From NCBI GenBank assembly GCA_963733035.1, contig CAVTBU010000005.1, positions 288,001 through 352,000 of the forward strand: a stretch of DNA of 64,000 nt, written 5' to 3'. This document shows positions 22,772-31,831 of the stretch, in pieces. Each line of letters begins with the position of its first letter. Positions within the stretch are counted from its first letter, which is position 1. The notes below the pieces were generated by a model that worked only from the letters and a program-made list of their open reading frames with translations, made no database searches and was not told the DNA's origin. The stretch comes from Pirellulales bacterium (lineage in GTDB: Bacteria; Planctomycetota; Planctomycetia; Pirellulales; PALSA-1355). Position numbers and translations under genes: made by a program.

Positions 22772-23740
22772 CTACACCTTGATGTTCACGATTTTCTTTA
22801 TCACGACCGCGCCGAGCAATTGCATGATGATGCCAACGGACAACATCTTCCGCCCCAATGGGTCGGTAAACAGCGGCCTCACGTACTCGGGATTCATACG
22901 GTAAATGGTGATGAACAACAGCGGCGGCAGGGCCAACAGCACGATGCCCGAAAGTCGGCCTTCGCCAGTAAGGGCCTGAACCTGCCCCCAGATTTTGAAG
23001 CGTTCGCGAACCAGATAGCCGATCTTGTCGAGAATCTCGGCCAAGTCGCCGCCCGTCTGCCGCTGTAAGATTACGGCCGTTGCAAAAAACCGCAGGTCGA
23101 TATTCGGCATGCGGTCTGTCAGGTTATCGAGTGCCTCGTCGAGCGGCACGCCAAGGTTCTGTTCCTCGAACACCCGCTGAAATTCCTTCGCGATTGGGTT
23201 CCGCATCTCTTCCGAGACGAGGCTGAAACCGGATGCCAAACTGTGTCCGGCCCGCAGGGCTCGAGATATAAGTTCCAGCGCGTCGGGCAGTTGCTTGGCG
23301 AACTGCTTTAAGCGTCGGCGGCGGCGGAATATCAGCCAGCCGAACGGGAGCGCCGCGAGCATCATTCCCATCGGCAACACGATGGTCGGATGCATGCCAG
23401 CAAGCACCGGAATGAACATTCCCACCACGGCCATCACTGCCGAGATGCTAAAAAACTGAGTCGGTGTGAGCGTCGTGTCGGCCTGTTCCAGCAGCAGGCT
23501 GACATTGCCGAGTTGCGATAGATAATTGACGAGCGCGCCTTGGGTGCCGTCGAGTGGATGAGCCAGGACGCTCCCTTTGAGCATTGCCTCCTTGGCGTGC
23601 TTGCCGCTGGTCGAGCCAGTTAACACGGCCAGACGGTCCTCGACGCCCGTTTCCGTTGACGCCGATAGCCACATGGCCACCGCCCCGACAACGGCCGCGA
23701 CGCAAAGAAATACCGCAATGGGAATGATCAGGGTCATCAT
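22772..23740 (-). CDS. tadB: TadB inner-membrane platform protein
   Basis: QLPDALELISRALRAGHS, QRQTGGDLAEIL, ALTGEGRLS. Confidence 0.93.
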   Translation of the reverse strand: MMTLIIPIAVFLCVAAVVGAVAMWLSASTETGVEDRLAVLTGSTSGKHAKEAMLKGSVLAHPLDGTQGALVNYLSQLGNVSLLLEQADTTLTPTQFFSISAVMAVVGMFIPVLAGMHPTIVLPMGMMLAALPFGWLIFRRRRRLKQFAKQLPDALELISRALRAGHSLASGFSLVSEEMRNPIAKEFQRVFEEQNLGVPLDEALDNLTDRMPNIDLRFFATAVILQRQTGGDLAEILDKIGYLVRERFKIWGQVQALTGEGRLSGIVLLALPPLLFITIYRMNPEYVRPLFTDPLGRKMLSVGIIMQLLGAVVIKKIVNIKV

Positions 23741-23794
23741 GGAAGCACTCGGTCCCTAGAACCTCGCCGGCCAGGTCCGGCATCGTTAGTTACG

Positions 23795-25111
23795 TTAGTC
23801 TTCGAGCATCGTCCGCTGGCGGAAAGCGCTCGACGGCAGGCGCACGCCGGCGGCTTCCAAACGATCCATGAAGTTGGGGCGCACCCCCGTGGCCTCGAAC
23901 CGGCCGAATGCCCGGCCGTTTTCGTCGACGCCTTCCTTGACGTAGTGGTAAATGTCCTGCATCACGATCGTGTCCTGTTCCATGCCGAGCACCTCGGTGA
24001 TGTGCGTGATCTTGCGCGGCCCGCCCTGCAAACGGTTTGCCTGCACAATTAAGTCGACCGCGCTGGCAATTTGCTGCCTCAGCGCTTTAAGCGGTAGTTC
24101 GAAACCGGCCATCGTAATCATCGTTTCCATACGAGCCACGCCGTCGCGGGGTGTGTTGGCATGGATTGTCGTGAGGGAGCCTTCGTGGCCAGTGTTCATG
24201 GCCTGCAACATGTCGAGCGTTTCTGGTCCGCGACATTCGCCAATGATAATTCGCTCCGGCCGCATACGCAGAGCGTTGCGCACCAGGTCCGTGGCGGTAA
24301 TTGCCCCCTTGCCTTCGATGTTCGGCGGGCGTGTTTCCAACCGCACGACGTGATCCTGTTGCAATTGAAGTTCCGCCGCGTCCTCGATCGTCACGATACG
24401 GTCGGAGTTCGAAATGAAGCTTGACAGCGTGTTGAGCAGCGTCGTCTTGCCGGAACCCGTACCGCCGGAAATCACAATATTGAGCCGGGCCTTGATGGCG
24501 CCTTCGAGCAGCATCACCATCTCCGGCGTAAACGCCTTGAAGTTCAGCAAGTCTTCCAGCTTGAGCGGGTTCGATCCAAAACGCCGAATCGAAACACAGG
24601 CTCCATCCAGCGCGAGCGGCGGAATGATCGCGTTCACGCGCGAACCGTCTTGCAGACGTGCGTCCACCATCGGGCACACTTCATCCACGCGGCGACCGAC
24701 CTTCGATACAATGCGGTCGATGATTTGCATCAGATGGTTGTTGTCGCGAAAAACAACCGACGTCTTTTCCATCTTGCCGCGGCGCTCGACGTAAATGCTC
24801 CTCGGCCCGTTGATCAAGATATCGCTGATCGTTGGATCCTTGAGCAGCAATTCGAGCGGCCCCAAGCCGAAAGTCTCGTCGAGCACTTCCTCGACAAGTC
24901 GTTCACGTTCGTTGCGATTGAGCAACGTGTCTTCCGTGTCGCAAAGATGTTCGACAACGAGCCGAATTTCGCGGCGGAGGACGTCGCCTTCCAATTCGCC
25001 GACGCGGGTTAAATCCAGCTTGTCAACAAGCTTGCCGTGAATGCGCCGCTTGAGATTGTCGAACTCGGCCGACTTCGAATCTTCGCTGGTTCGTAACGTT
25101 GTCGTCTTCAT
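23795..25111 (-). CDS. cpaF: CpaF/TadA pilus assembly ATPase
   Basis: Walker [39 protein letters not shown]; start position approximate. Confidence 0.95.
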   Translation of the reverse strand: MKTTTLRTSEDSKSAEFDNLKRRIHGKLVDKLDLTRVGELEGDVLRREIRLVVEHLCDTEDTLLNRNERERLVEEVLDETFGLGPLELLLKDPTISDILINGPRSIYVERRGKMEKTSVVFRDNNHLMQIIDRIVSKVGRRVDEVCPMVDARLQDGSRVNAIIPPLALDGACVSIRRFGSNPLKLEDLLNFKAFTPEMVMLLEGAIKARLNIVISGGTGSGKTTLLNTLSSFISNSDRIVTIEDAAELQLQQDHVVRLETRPPNIEGKGAITATDLVRNALRMRPERIIIGECRGPETLDMLQAMNTGHEGSLTTIHANTPRDGVARMETMITMAGFELPLKALRQQIASAVDLIVQANRLQGGPRKITHITEVLGMEQDTIVMQDIYHYVKEGVDENGRAFGRFEATGVRPNFMDRLEAAGVRLPSSAFRQRTMLED

Positions 25112-25365
25112 GCGGCCAGGGTCCTGTGCTTTTTGGTCGGGCAATCCGACGTTCCAACGTCGTGGCGTGATGTGAAAGCGCAACATCGGCTGGCCAAGGC
25201 CAGCCCGCGGTGCATGACGCAGCCTCTTCCCGAACGAAATATAGCTCGCGGATTACCCAACCGGACGAAGACGGTGCACGCTGGTTGTGCGTCCACGTGC
25301 TGGCAGCAACGCATGCGACGGTCATGCCGATTGAACAACCGCCGAAAAAACTCGCGCCTGAGCCG

Positions 25366-26595
25366 TTACTTTTCGGCGTTGGCCTTCGCGCGACCCGGCC
25401 AGAGATTGAGCAGCTTTTCCACCGCTCGGGCGCAGGTAGAGAGGTCCTTCGGATCCTGTTGAACGTCCTTGTCGCCGCACAGAGCGCCGGCCAGTTGTAC
25501 GACAGCCTGCGTGATCGCCGCCTTCGGGGCGTGCTCCAACAGCGGAACACCGTTATTGCGCACCTCGACCATCGTGCGGTAATCGTTTGGTAGCTGCCAG
25601 AAAATTTCGCGGCCGATTGTCTCCTGAGCCTTCTTAAGGCCGATATGGCTATCCAACCCCACCCGGTTAACCACGACCTTGACCTTATCCTTGATCGATT
25701 CCATCTGGCCGAACGACATCATCAGCCGCACGATGTTTCGCAGGCAAGGCAGGTCCAATTGCGTGACCAGCAGCACATGGTTGGCCATCTCCATCGCCAC
25801 CATGTCGATCGGACTGTAGCTCTTCGATAGGTCGATGATCAGATGCGTAAACGTGGCCTTCAGCAGACCGATCACACGCCGCATGTCGTCGGGAGTAATC
25901 AGCGCCGCGTCTTCCAACTGCACGGGCCGCGGCAATAGGTATAATCCGGACGAGTGTTTCGTCAACGAGCGTTTCAGCAGCGTGAAATCGAGCCGCGTTA
26001 CGTTTTGCGCCACGTCGACCAGTGTGTAATCGGGAATCGTGTCGAGAAACACGTCGGCGTCTCCCAGGCACAGATCCACGTCCAGAAGTGCCGCCGTGTT
26101 GCGCGGGTCGGAGGCAAACACGCAACCGAGATTCACCGCCAGACTCGTCGCCCCCACGCCGCCGGTGGCACCAGCCACGGCAATCACCGTGCTGCCGCGT
26201 GCGCGATCGCCGCGTCCAAATCGCTGTGCGCCGATGCGTTCGAGCGCCGCTACCAGGTCTTCCAGCCGCACGGGCTGAGGCAGAAATTCTTTCACGCCGC
26301 TGCGCATTGCGCGGAGGATCAAGTTTCCATCCGTCGACGAACTGATCACCACAATGCTGCACTCGGGCGACGTCTCGTGCAATTGACTTACGAGTTGCAG
26401 CGCCTTTTCGGGGTTGTGATTGAGCGACACGATGCCCACATCGGGATGCGTCTGGGCGACGACGTCGGAAAAGAACTCATAGCGTGAACACTCGGCCTCA
26501 AGCCACACCGTGTCCATGCCCAGCAGTGTCGATTTGAGTGCTTCACGCGATGCATCGACCGGGTCCACGATGGCCAATCGCAGGACGTTGCTCAT
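25366..26595 (-). CDS. cpaE: CpaE/TadZ (receiver-like + MinD-like domain)
   Basis: N-terminal receiver-like domain, degenerate Walker A GATGGVGATS, LPNDY. Confidence 0.9.
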   Translation of the reverse strand: MSNVLRLAIVDPVDASREALKSTLLGMDTVWLEAECSRYEFFSDVVAQTHPDVGIVSLNHNPEKALQLVSQLHETSPECSIVVISSSTDGNLILRAMRSGVKEFLPQPVRLEDLVAALERIGAQRFGRGDRARGSTVIAVAGATGGVGATSLAVNLGCVFASDPRNTAALLDVDLCLGDADVFLDTIPDYTLVDVAQNVTRLDFTLLKRSLTKHSSGLYLLPRPVQLEDAALITPDDMRRVIGLLKATFTHLIIDLSKSYSPIDMVAMEMANHVLLVTQLDLPCLRNIVRLMMSFGQMESIKDKVKVVVNRVGLDSHIGLKKAQETIGREIFWQLPNDYRTMVEVRNNGVPLLEHAPKAAITQAVVQLAGALCGDKDVQQDPKDLSTCARAVEKLLNLWPGRAKANAEK

Positions 26596-26686
26596 GATGT
26601 TTCCGTTCGCTTCCGCCTGTTTGCAGGCCTGCCAATACCGCTCGGCAAACCCTACTCCGAGTCTATGAGCCGCTCATCGGTAACTC

Positions 26687-28459
26687 TTAATTCTTTACGT
26701 CATATCCGATGGGGCCGATGAAGCCCGGCGGAGCGGAATTCGCATTTGCGGCGCGCTCGCCGGCGCGTCGCTGGGGGTTAGTCGGATTGTAGGAGCCGGA
26801 ACGGGCCCCCGCCCCACTCGGGGGTTGAGCATAGCTGGGCCGTCGCGAGCTCGGGGCGGCGGCCGGCCCGTCGACCACGCGATCGCTCACAATCACGGCC
26901 CCCTTCGGCAAGGCCGCGCCCTGCGAGTCGGGAACCATTTCCGTGGGACCGGCCGGCGTCGGCACTACCTGTTCTGGCACCACCTGTTCCGGACCTGCAC
27001 CCGGCCCGCTTGGGCCAAAGGGGCTCGGGCCGCCTGCTGGGCCGTGTCCCATCGGCCCGTACGGCTGGACTGGTGTTTCGATGTAGCCCTTCCAGTAGAG
27101 TCCGCAGTCGTCTGGGATTTGGGTGCTCATTCCGGGAGCACAATTCGGAACCTGGTCGGGATCCATCGCCTCAACCAGTTCTGGGCGCACCATCACCAAC
27201 AACTCGACTTCGTTGATTCTACTTCGATTGCGGCGAAACGCCGCCCCGATATAGGGCATGTCCATCAGGTAAGGGATGCCGCGCTTTTGAGATTCCACAC
27301 GTTGCTGCAACAAACCAGCGATCGCCAGCGTTTGTCCGAACTTCATCTCCACGCCGGTATCCACGAAACGCTCGCGAAAGCCTGGCACCGACGTACCAGC
27401 AACGGTGATCGAAAGGGTTGGATCAAGTTCGCTCACCTGCGGGCGAACTTCGAGGCGAACTCCGCCGTTGCCCAGCACGATCGGCACAAAGTCGATTTGC
27501 GTACCAAAGGGTTTGAAATTGATCGAAATGTTGCCGAACCCGGTGGGCTGCGGGTACGGCATTTCACCGCCAACCAGATAGCTGGCCGGGCGACCGCTCA
27601 CGGTAACCAAGTTCGGTTCGGCCAGTACTTTCAGCAAGTCCTCTTGCTTGAGCGCGTCGAGAAACGCCACGAAGCCGCTCGGGTCGCTGACGATGCCCCA
27701 TTGAAATGTCTCGGCGTTACTGGTGGTGAAGGACGCGGCCGTTCGAAACAAGTTGGCCACGGGATTTGCCTTGGAAATTAGGCCGCTGGCCGTTGAACCG
27801 GCAAAATTAGCACCGGAAAAGTTGGCAAAATCGAAGCCCAGTTCCTTGAGGTTCGTTCGAGACACTTCCATCACCTTGACGTGCAGCAGCACTTGCTGCG
27901 TGCCGCCGACAATCATGTTGTTGATTACCTTAGGATAATAGTCCTCGGAGATGCGCATGATCGTGTTCACATGGTCGGCCCGATCGACGTAGCCCGACAG
28001 TACGAGCGTCGAGGCCTGCGTTGGGTACAGCTTGAGAGACGCGGCGGGAAACTGCGACTTAAGCAGGCCTTCCAACTCCCGAACGTCACCGACGATTACC
28101 ACGTCGACCGTATGCACCTCTTCCTTGTCGTCCCACAGGTTGACAGTCGTTATGCCCGGCTTCTTGGCGTGGATTTGCACCTCGTTTTCCGAAAGCACAG
28201 TGAACGCCAGCAACTCAGGGTTGCTCACCTGGGCACGGGGAATTGGCGACTCCATGCGCAGTATGCGGCTGCCGTTGACCGTCAGCTCAACCTTCGTGTT
28301 GGCCGCCGTGATGGTCTGCGTGACTAGCGGCGGTGTCGCAGGGGCTCGTGTCGAATCTTGAGGGGGCCCCTCTTGGGCACGAGCAGGCAGAGCTGCGAGA
28401 ATTGCAAGGGTTGCCGCGACCGCCAAACGGCGGCCGTGCCGGAATCGATGCAGTACCAT
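26687..28459 (-). CDS. cpaC: CpaC/RcpA secretin with Pro-rich C-terminal extension
   Basis: Signal peptide, GITTVNLWD, QVLLHVKVMEVSR, LAEPNL..SG..ASYLVGGE, GIPYLMDMPYIG. Confidence 0.92.
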   Translation of the reverse strand: MVLHRFRHGRRLAVAATLAILAALPARAQEGPPQDSTRAPATPPLVTQTITAANTKVELTVNGSRILRMESPIPRAQVSNPELLAFTVLSENEVQIHAKKPGITTVNLWDDKEEVHTVDVVIVGDVRELEGLLKSQFPAASLKLYPTQASTLVLSGYVDRADHVNTIMRISEDYYPKVINNMIVGGTQQVLLHVKVMEVSRTNLKELGFDFANFSGANFAGSTASGLISKANPVANLFRTAASFTTSNAETFQWGIVSDPSGFVAFLDALKQEDLLKVLAEPNLVTVSGRPASYLVGGEMPYPQPTGFGNISINFKPFGTQIDFVPIVLGNGGVRLEVRPQVSELDPTLSITVAGTSVPGFRERFVDTGVEMKFGQTLAIAGLLQQRVESQKRGIPYLMDMPYIGAAFRRNRSRINEVELLVMVRPELVEAMDPDQVPNCAPGMSTQIPDDCGLYWKGYIETPVQPYGPMGHGPAGGPSPFGPSGPGAGPEQVVPEQVVPTPAGPTEMVPDSQGAALPKGAVIVSDRVVDGPAAAPSSRRPSYAQPPSGAGARSGSYNPTNPQRRAGERAANANSAPPGFIGPIGYDVKN

Positions 28460-28578
28460 CCTTGGTATCCTTGTAGTGTCGCCCGTCGCGCTGTCACGCG
28501 AGGACGTTTAATAACGGCGCTCCCACGCCGCGTCGCATGCCATCCCTGTTCAAACTGGACTCCGGAAGTCCTGGAGCA

Positions 28579-29703
28579 CTAACTAGTGGCCTGACTCTCG
28601 CCGTCCGTTCCTTCGTCCGCGCCGCCCTCCGGCCCCTGGGGTCCCTCCCCGTCAACTGGCGGCGGCACCGGGCTAAAACCACCCGGCATGTCGTTCATCG
28701 TCGGGTCCGGTCCGCTGCCACCCAAGTCACCGGGCCCTTGTTCGGTTTGCACAATGGGCAGCTCGCCGTCGCCGGGAATTTCAATGTTGACCAGTTCGGC
28801 CCCCATCATGACGAGCATGCGCCTTCGCTCTTGCGGCAACGGTGGAGCCGATGGCACCGGCGTCGACGGCCCAACGACTGATCCTCGGCCATTCTGCTGC
28901 GCGAGCCAGTCCGAGACATCGCTCGTTTCTTTTTCTGGCGTTGCTCTCTCGGCCACGCGATCAGACTTTTTTAACTCGTCGCCAAAGATATCACTGATCG
29001 TCGCCCCCTGGTCGACAATGTGTGCTTCGTCCTCGGGATTCCGCAACACCAAGCGCACGGCACCGCCAATTTCCGTTGCGGCATGCAAAATCACGGCCTG
29101 CTGCGGCGTTACCAAGAGCGAAATCGTCTTGGCGCTCATCGGTTCGGTCTGCTCATCCTTGGTCGCGGTGAATTCCGTCTCGGTCTGCGTGTCAACGGCA
29201 AACACTTTGATGTCTTGCAAGACAATCTTGGCGGCTGTCGCGTGAGAATCGCTGTTCGGATGGCGGAAGACCAGCACGTCGACTCGGTCGCCGGGCATAA
29301 TCAAATTGCTCGAACCGCCCACCGGATCAACTTTCACGTACGCCACACGGTAGCCAGGCGGAATGTCTTTGGCTGCGCCGACCATGTCCTCGGCGCCCAA
29401 CAGTTTCGAGGCCAGAATCGGTTCGCCGGCATACAGCTTCAGCCGCGTCCGTTTTCCTTCGACTTCCTCCAATTTCGTCAGCGCACCCTGCGGAACGATC
29501 TTCTTGGGCCATTCCTCGAGCTTCACGTTCTGCGCGGTTAGTTCCTCGTTCGGGCGAATGTCGGTCATTGCCACGAACACCGGCTGGCGTTCACTATCGT
29601 CGCCGACCTTGGAGCGCGCATCGAGAACCTGGCTAATGCCCATCGCGGCTACGGCACCGCAGCCCAACGCCAAAGCAACTAGCATGATCGATCTGGTGCG
29701 CAT
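28579..29703 (-). CDS. cpaB: CpaB/RcpC (SAF domain)
   Basis: N-terminal TM, VFVAMTDI, IPPGYRVA, PGDRVDVL, ISLLVTPQQA. Confidence 0.92.
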   Translation of the reverse strand: MRTRSIMLVALALGCGAVAAMGISQVLDARSKVGDDSERQPVFVAMTDIRPNEELTAQNVKLEEWPKKIVPQGALTKLEEVEGKRTRLKLYAGEPILASKLLGAEDMVGAAKDIPPGYRVAYVKVDPVGGSSNLIMPGDRVDVLVFRHPNSDSHATAAKIVLQDIKVFAVDTQTETEFTATKDEQTEPMSAKTISLLVTPQQAVILHAATEIGGAVRLVLRNPEDEAHIVDQGATISDIFGDELKKSDRVAERATPEKETSDVSDWLAQQNGRGSVVGPSTPVPSAPPLPQERRRMLVMMGAELVNIEIPGDGELPIVQTEQGPGDLGGSGPDPTMNDMPGGFSPVPPPVDGEGPQGPEGGADEGTDGESQATS

Positions 29704-30093
29704 GAATATCTCCCGGATCTCCGGCTGGCGACGCCTGCGACTGTTCGCTAGCACGCCTGCAAACTGGCGTGCAAACGAAGGGCCGCTTCGTCGTTTCACC
29801 TAGAACATTGGCGTCCACAGGCCATAAACTTGACAAAAAGCCCCCGAAAAGAATTGCCTTACTCGCGGTCCAGTTGTGGCGAGGCGGGAACAACCATAAG
29901 TGGCTGCGGGACTTGCAGCTGGGCGAGTCCCCACTCTCGTTTCGCCCACTCCCTCGCGTCGATCCCCTACGGATCGGTGGGGTGTGCCTGCTCGTCGGCC
30001 GGGAATACATTCCATCGGTCGCGGGCCAGGATTCATCGCTGCGAGCCAGCGTCGCATCAACGTCACCCTATACATGCCCCCTCGGGCGGCCGA

Positions 30094-30657
30094 TTACAGC
30101 AGCATCCCTTGGAAGGCGAAGTAGGCGATCGTGCCGATGGCGATCGGAATGCCGTACGGAAGCAAGAGCATTGTGCTCTTGCGCTCGGCGGCAATCGTCG
30201 CCAACTGCTCGGGATCGCGAATCGTAACCATCTCGTACCAGATTGTCAGAAACTGGAAGTAATGTTTCGTCCATGCACGGCGGTAAAGGACCATGAGTAG
30301 GGCGATCACGCCACCTACGATGGCCGAGACGCAAAACGCATAAAGCGTATCCCCCATGCCGATCCAGGCACCGACGCCGGCCAGCAATTTGACGTCGCCA
30401 GCCCCCATTCCGCCGATGGCGTAAGCCGGCAGCAAGAGCGCCAGCCCCACGACCATGCCCAACAGGGCCGCACCGAAACCCGCCCATCCGCCGGTGATGG
30501 CGCCCACTACCAGTCCGGTCAGCACGAACGGGAAGGTGAGCCAATTGGGAACCTTGAGCTTATAACCGTCGATGAGGGCGGCCACAATCAAGGTGATGGT
30601 GACGATCCAAACTCGCCAGTGTTCAATGAGGTGTTCGTTGAAGTTGGTTTCAAACAT
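30094..30657 (-). CDS. cpaA: CpaA/TadV prepilin peptidase (A24)
   Basis: ID..KVPNWL, GGMGAGDVKLLA, LPYGIPI; AAGGA SD. Confidence 0.93.
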   Translation of the reverse strand: MFETNFNEHLIEHWRVWIVTITLIVAALIDGYKLKVPNWLTFPFVLTGLVVGAITGGWAGFGAALLGMVVGLALLLPAYAIGGMGAGDVKLLAGVGAWIGMGDTLYAFCVSAIVGGVIALLMVLYRRAWTKHYFQFLTIWYEMVTIRDPEQLATIAAERKSTMLLLPYGIPIAIGTIAYFAFQGMLL

Positions 30658-30735
30658 TGCCCAAATCCTTTCGCACTAGCGAGGGGGTAAGTGTCGAGGA
30701 GCTTAGAAACAGCCCGCCGCAATCGTGACCTTTGC

Positions 30736-30846
30736 CTACCGACGCGTCAGCAAAAATGCTGCTCCAGCGCCCAACAGCGTCAAAAAGTAAGACGCGAGTT
30801 GCACGGCTCCAGCCATCGATTCGACCGGCAGGAAATAGTAGTACAT
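30736..30846 (-). CDS. Putative 36-aa single-TM small protein
   Basis: MYYYFLPVESMAGAVQLASYFLTLLGAGAAFLLTRR; weak GAGAG SD; same strand as the Tad genes. Confidence 0.5.
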   Translation of the reverse strand: MYYYFLPVESMAGAVQLASYFLTLLGAGAAFLLTRR

Positions 30847-30966
30847 GAGGTTGCTCTCGCGGCGAGGCCCTGCGATGGAAACTGCCAGTCGCCGGAATGG
30901 CTCGCCAAGAAAACGTAGCTTTTGCTTTACCGGAATGCGGTCGCGGCGGGAAAAAAGGTCTCCACG

Positions 30967-31006
30967 AAAAAACCCCCGGCGTGCAACGGGGAGCACGCCG
31001 AGGGTT
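30967..31006 (-). terminator. Intrinsic terminator after flp
   Basis: Minus strand CCCTCGGCGTGC-loop-GCACGCCGGGGG followed by T6. Confidence 0.85.
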
Positions 31007-31056
31007 GCGAACAATCCTGCAATCCGTTCGGCCGAGTTGTATCGGCCCGCGAATTA

Positions 31057-31242
31057 CTAGCTGGCCGTGGTGCCCATCGAGCCGGCCACGTTGCTGAACG
31101 TGGTTTTGGCCTTCGAGCCCAACGAGGTAATTGCCGTCAAGCAGACGACGATGATCAATGCGAGCATCACCGCGTATTCGACTGCTGTGGGACCATCTTC
31201 CGAAACGAGGAAACGTTGCATCTTCTTGGCAAGGCTCTTCAT
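31057..31242 (-). CDS. flp: Flp family type IVb (Tad) pilin
   Basis: EDG|PTAVEYAVMLALI Flp motif; GGAGGA SD before ATG 31242; 61 aa. Confidence 0.96.
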   Translation of the reverse strand: MKSLAKKMQRFLVSEDGPTAVEYAVMLALIIVVCLTAITSLGSKAKTTFSNVAGSMGTTAS

Positions 31243-31527
31243 GGAATCCTCCGCTGCGGCCACTCGCACCCCGCGGGGTAAATATGCGAGCTATTGGCCG
31301 AAAATTGTCAGTGGGGCTGTTGCAACCGCGGTCCCGGCCTTGCGGCCGACACTCGCCTGCGTTGCGGTTACCCTGGCCCCAAATTCGAAACGATCGCCTC
31401 CCCAGACGAGACTTTCATCCGGGTCCACCGCACGAGCGGCTTCACCGGGGTGATTGTTTTGTCACGCACGCCGCGTACAAACGCGAGTGAACGCCACTCA
31501 CATTGACTGACGCGCGCGACAGACAGT

Positions 31528-31627
31528 CATCCCTTCGGTAGCCAGGCTGCCACGCCGCTTAATGAGGCGGACGTGGTCCACGGCTTTGCGTCCCGGCCTC
31601 GCGACCGGTTTGCCCTTCTCGAGGATG
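31528..31627 (-). ncRNA. c-di-GMP-I (GEMM-I) riboswitch aptamer
   Basis: Minus strand AAGGGCAAACCGGTC-GCGA-GGCCGGGACGCAAAGCCGTGGACC...GGCAGCCTGGCTACCGAA matches the class I consensus (GGCAAAC, GNRA loop, GGGACGCAAAGC, ACCGA). P1 is CATCCTCG/CGA(A)GGGATG. Confidence 0.92.
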
Positions 31628-31789
31628 AAGAGGCTGCAGGCCTCCCACGCAAGTGCCTTCGAAATGGCCCGATGTGACGGCGAAATTGGTTTGCCGGGAA
31701 TCCGGCCGCTTCGAAAGGTGCTTACGCTTTTCGATGTCCACCAGGGACATCTCGACGGTCGATGCTTTCGTACCGCCCGTCTACATTGA

Positions 31790-31817
31790 AAACTAGGTCG
31801 CATCCGCCGCTTGTCAA
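31790..31817 (-). promoter_or_regulatory. Putative sigma70 promoter for the riboswitch-flp transcript
   Basis: TTGACA-N16-TAGTTT on the minus strand; same boxes as the tRNA promoter at 55296. Confidence 0.55.
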
Positions 31818-31831
31818 ACTGCGAGTGAAAA

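Noticed and set aside
31680..31700. Second GGCAAACC on the minus strand upstream of the riboswitch (tandem aptamer or sigma54 site)
   Set aside because: Not followed by a GNRA hairpin or GACGCAAA, and the -12 position reads TC rather than GC.
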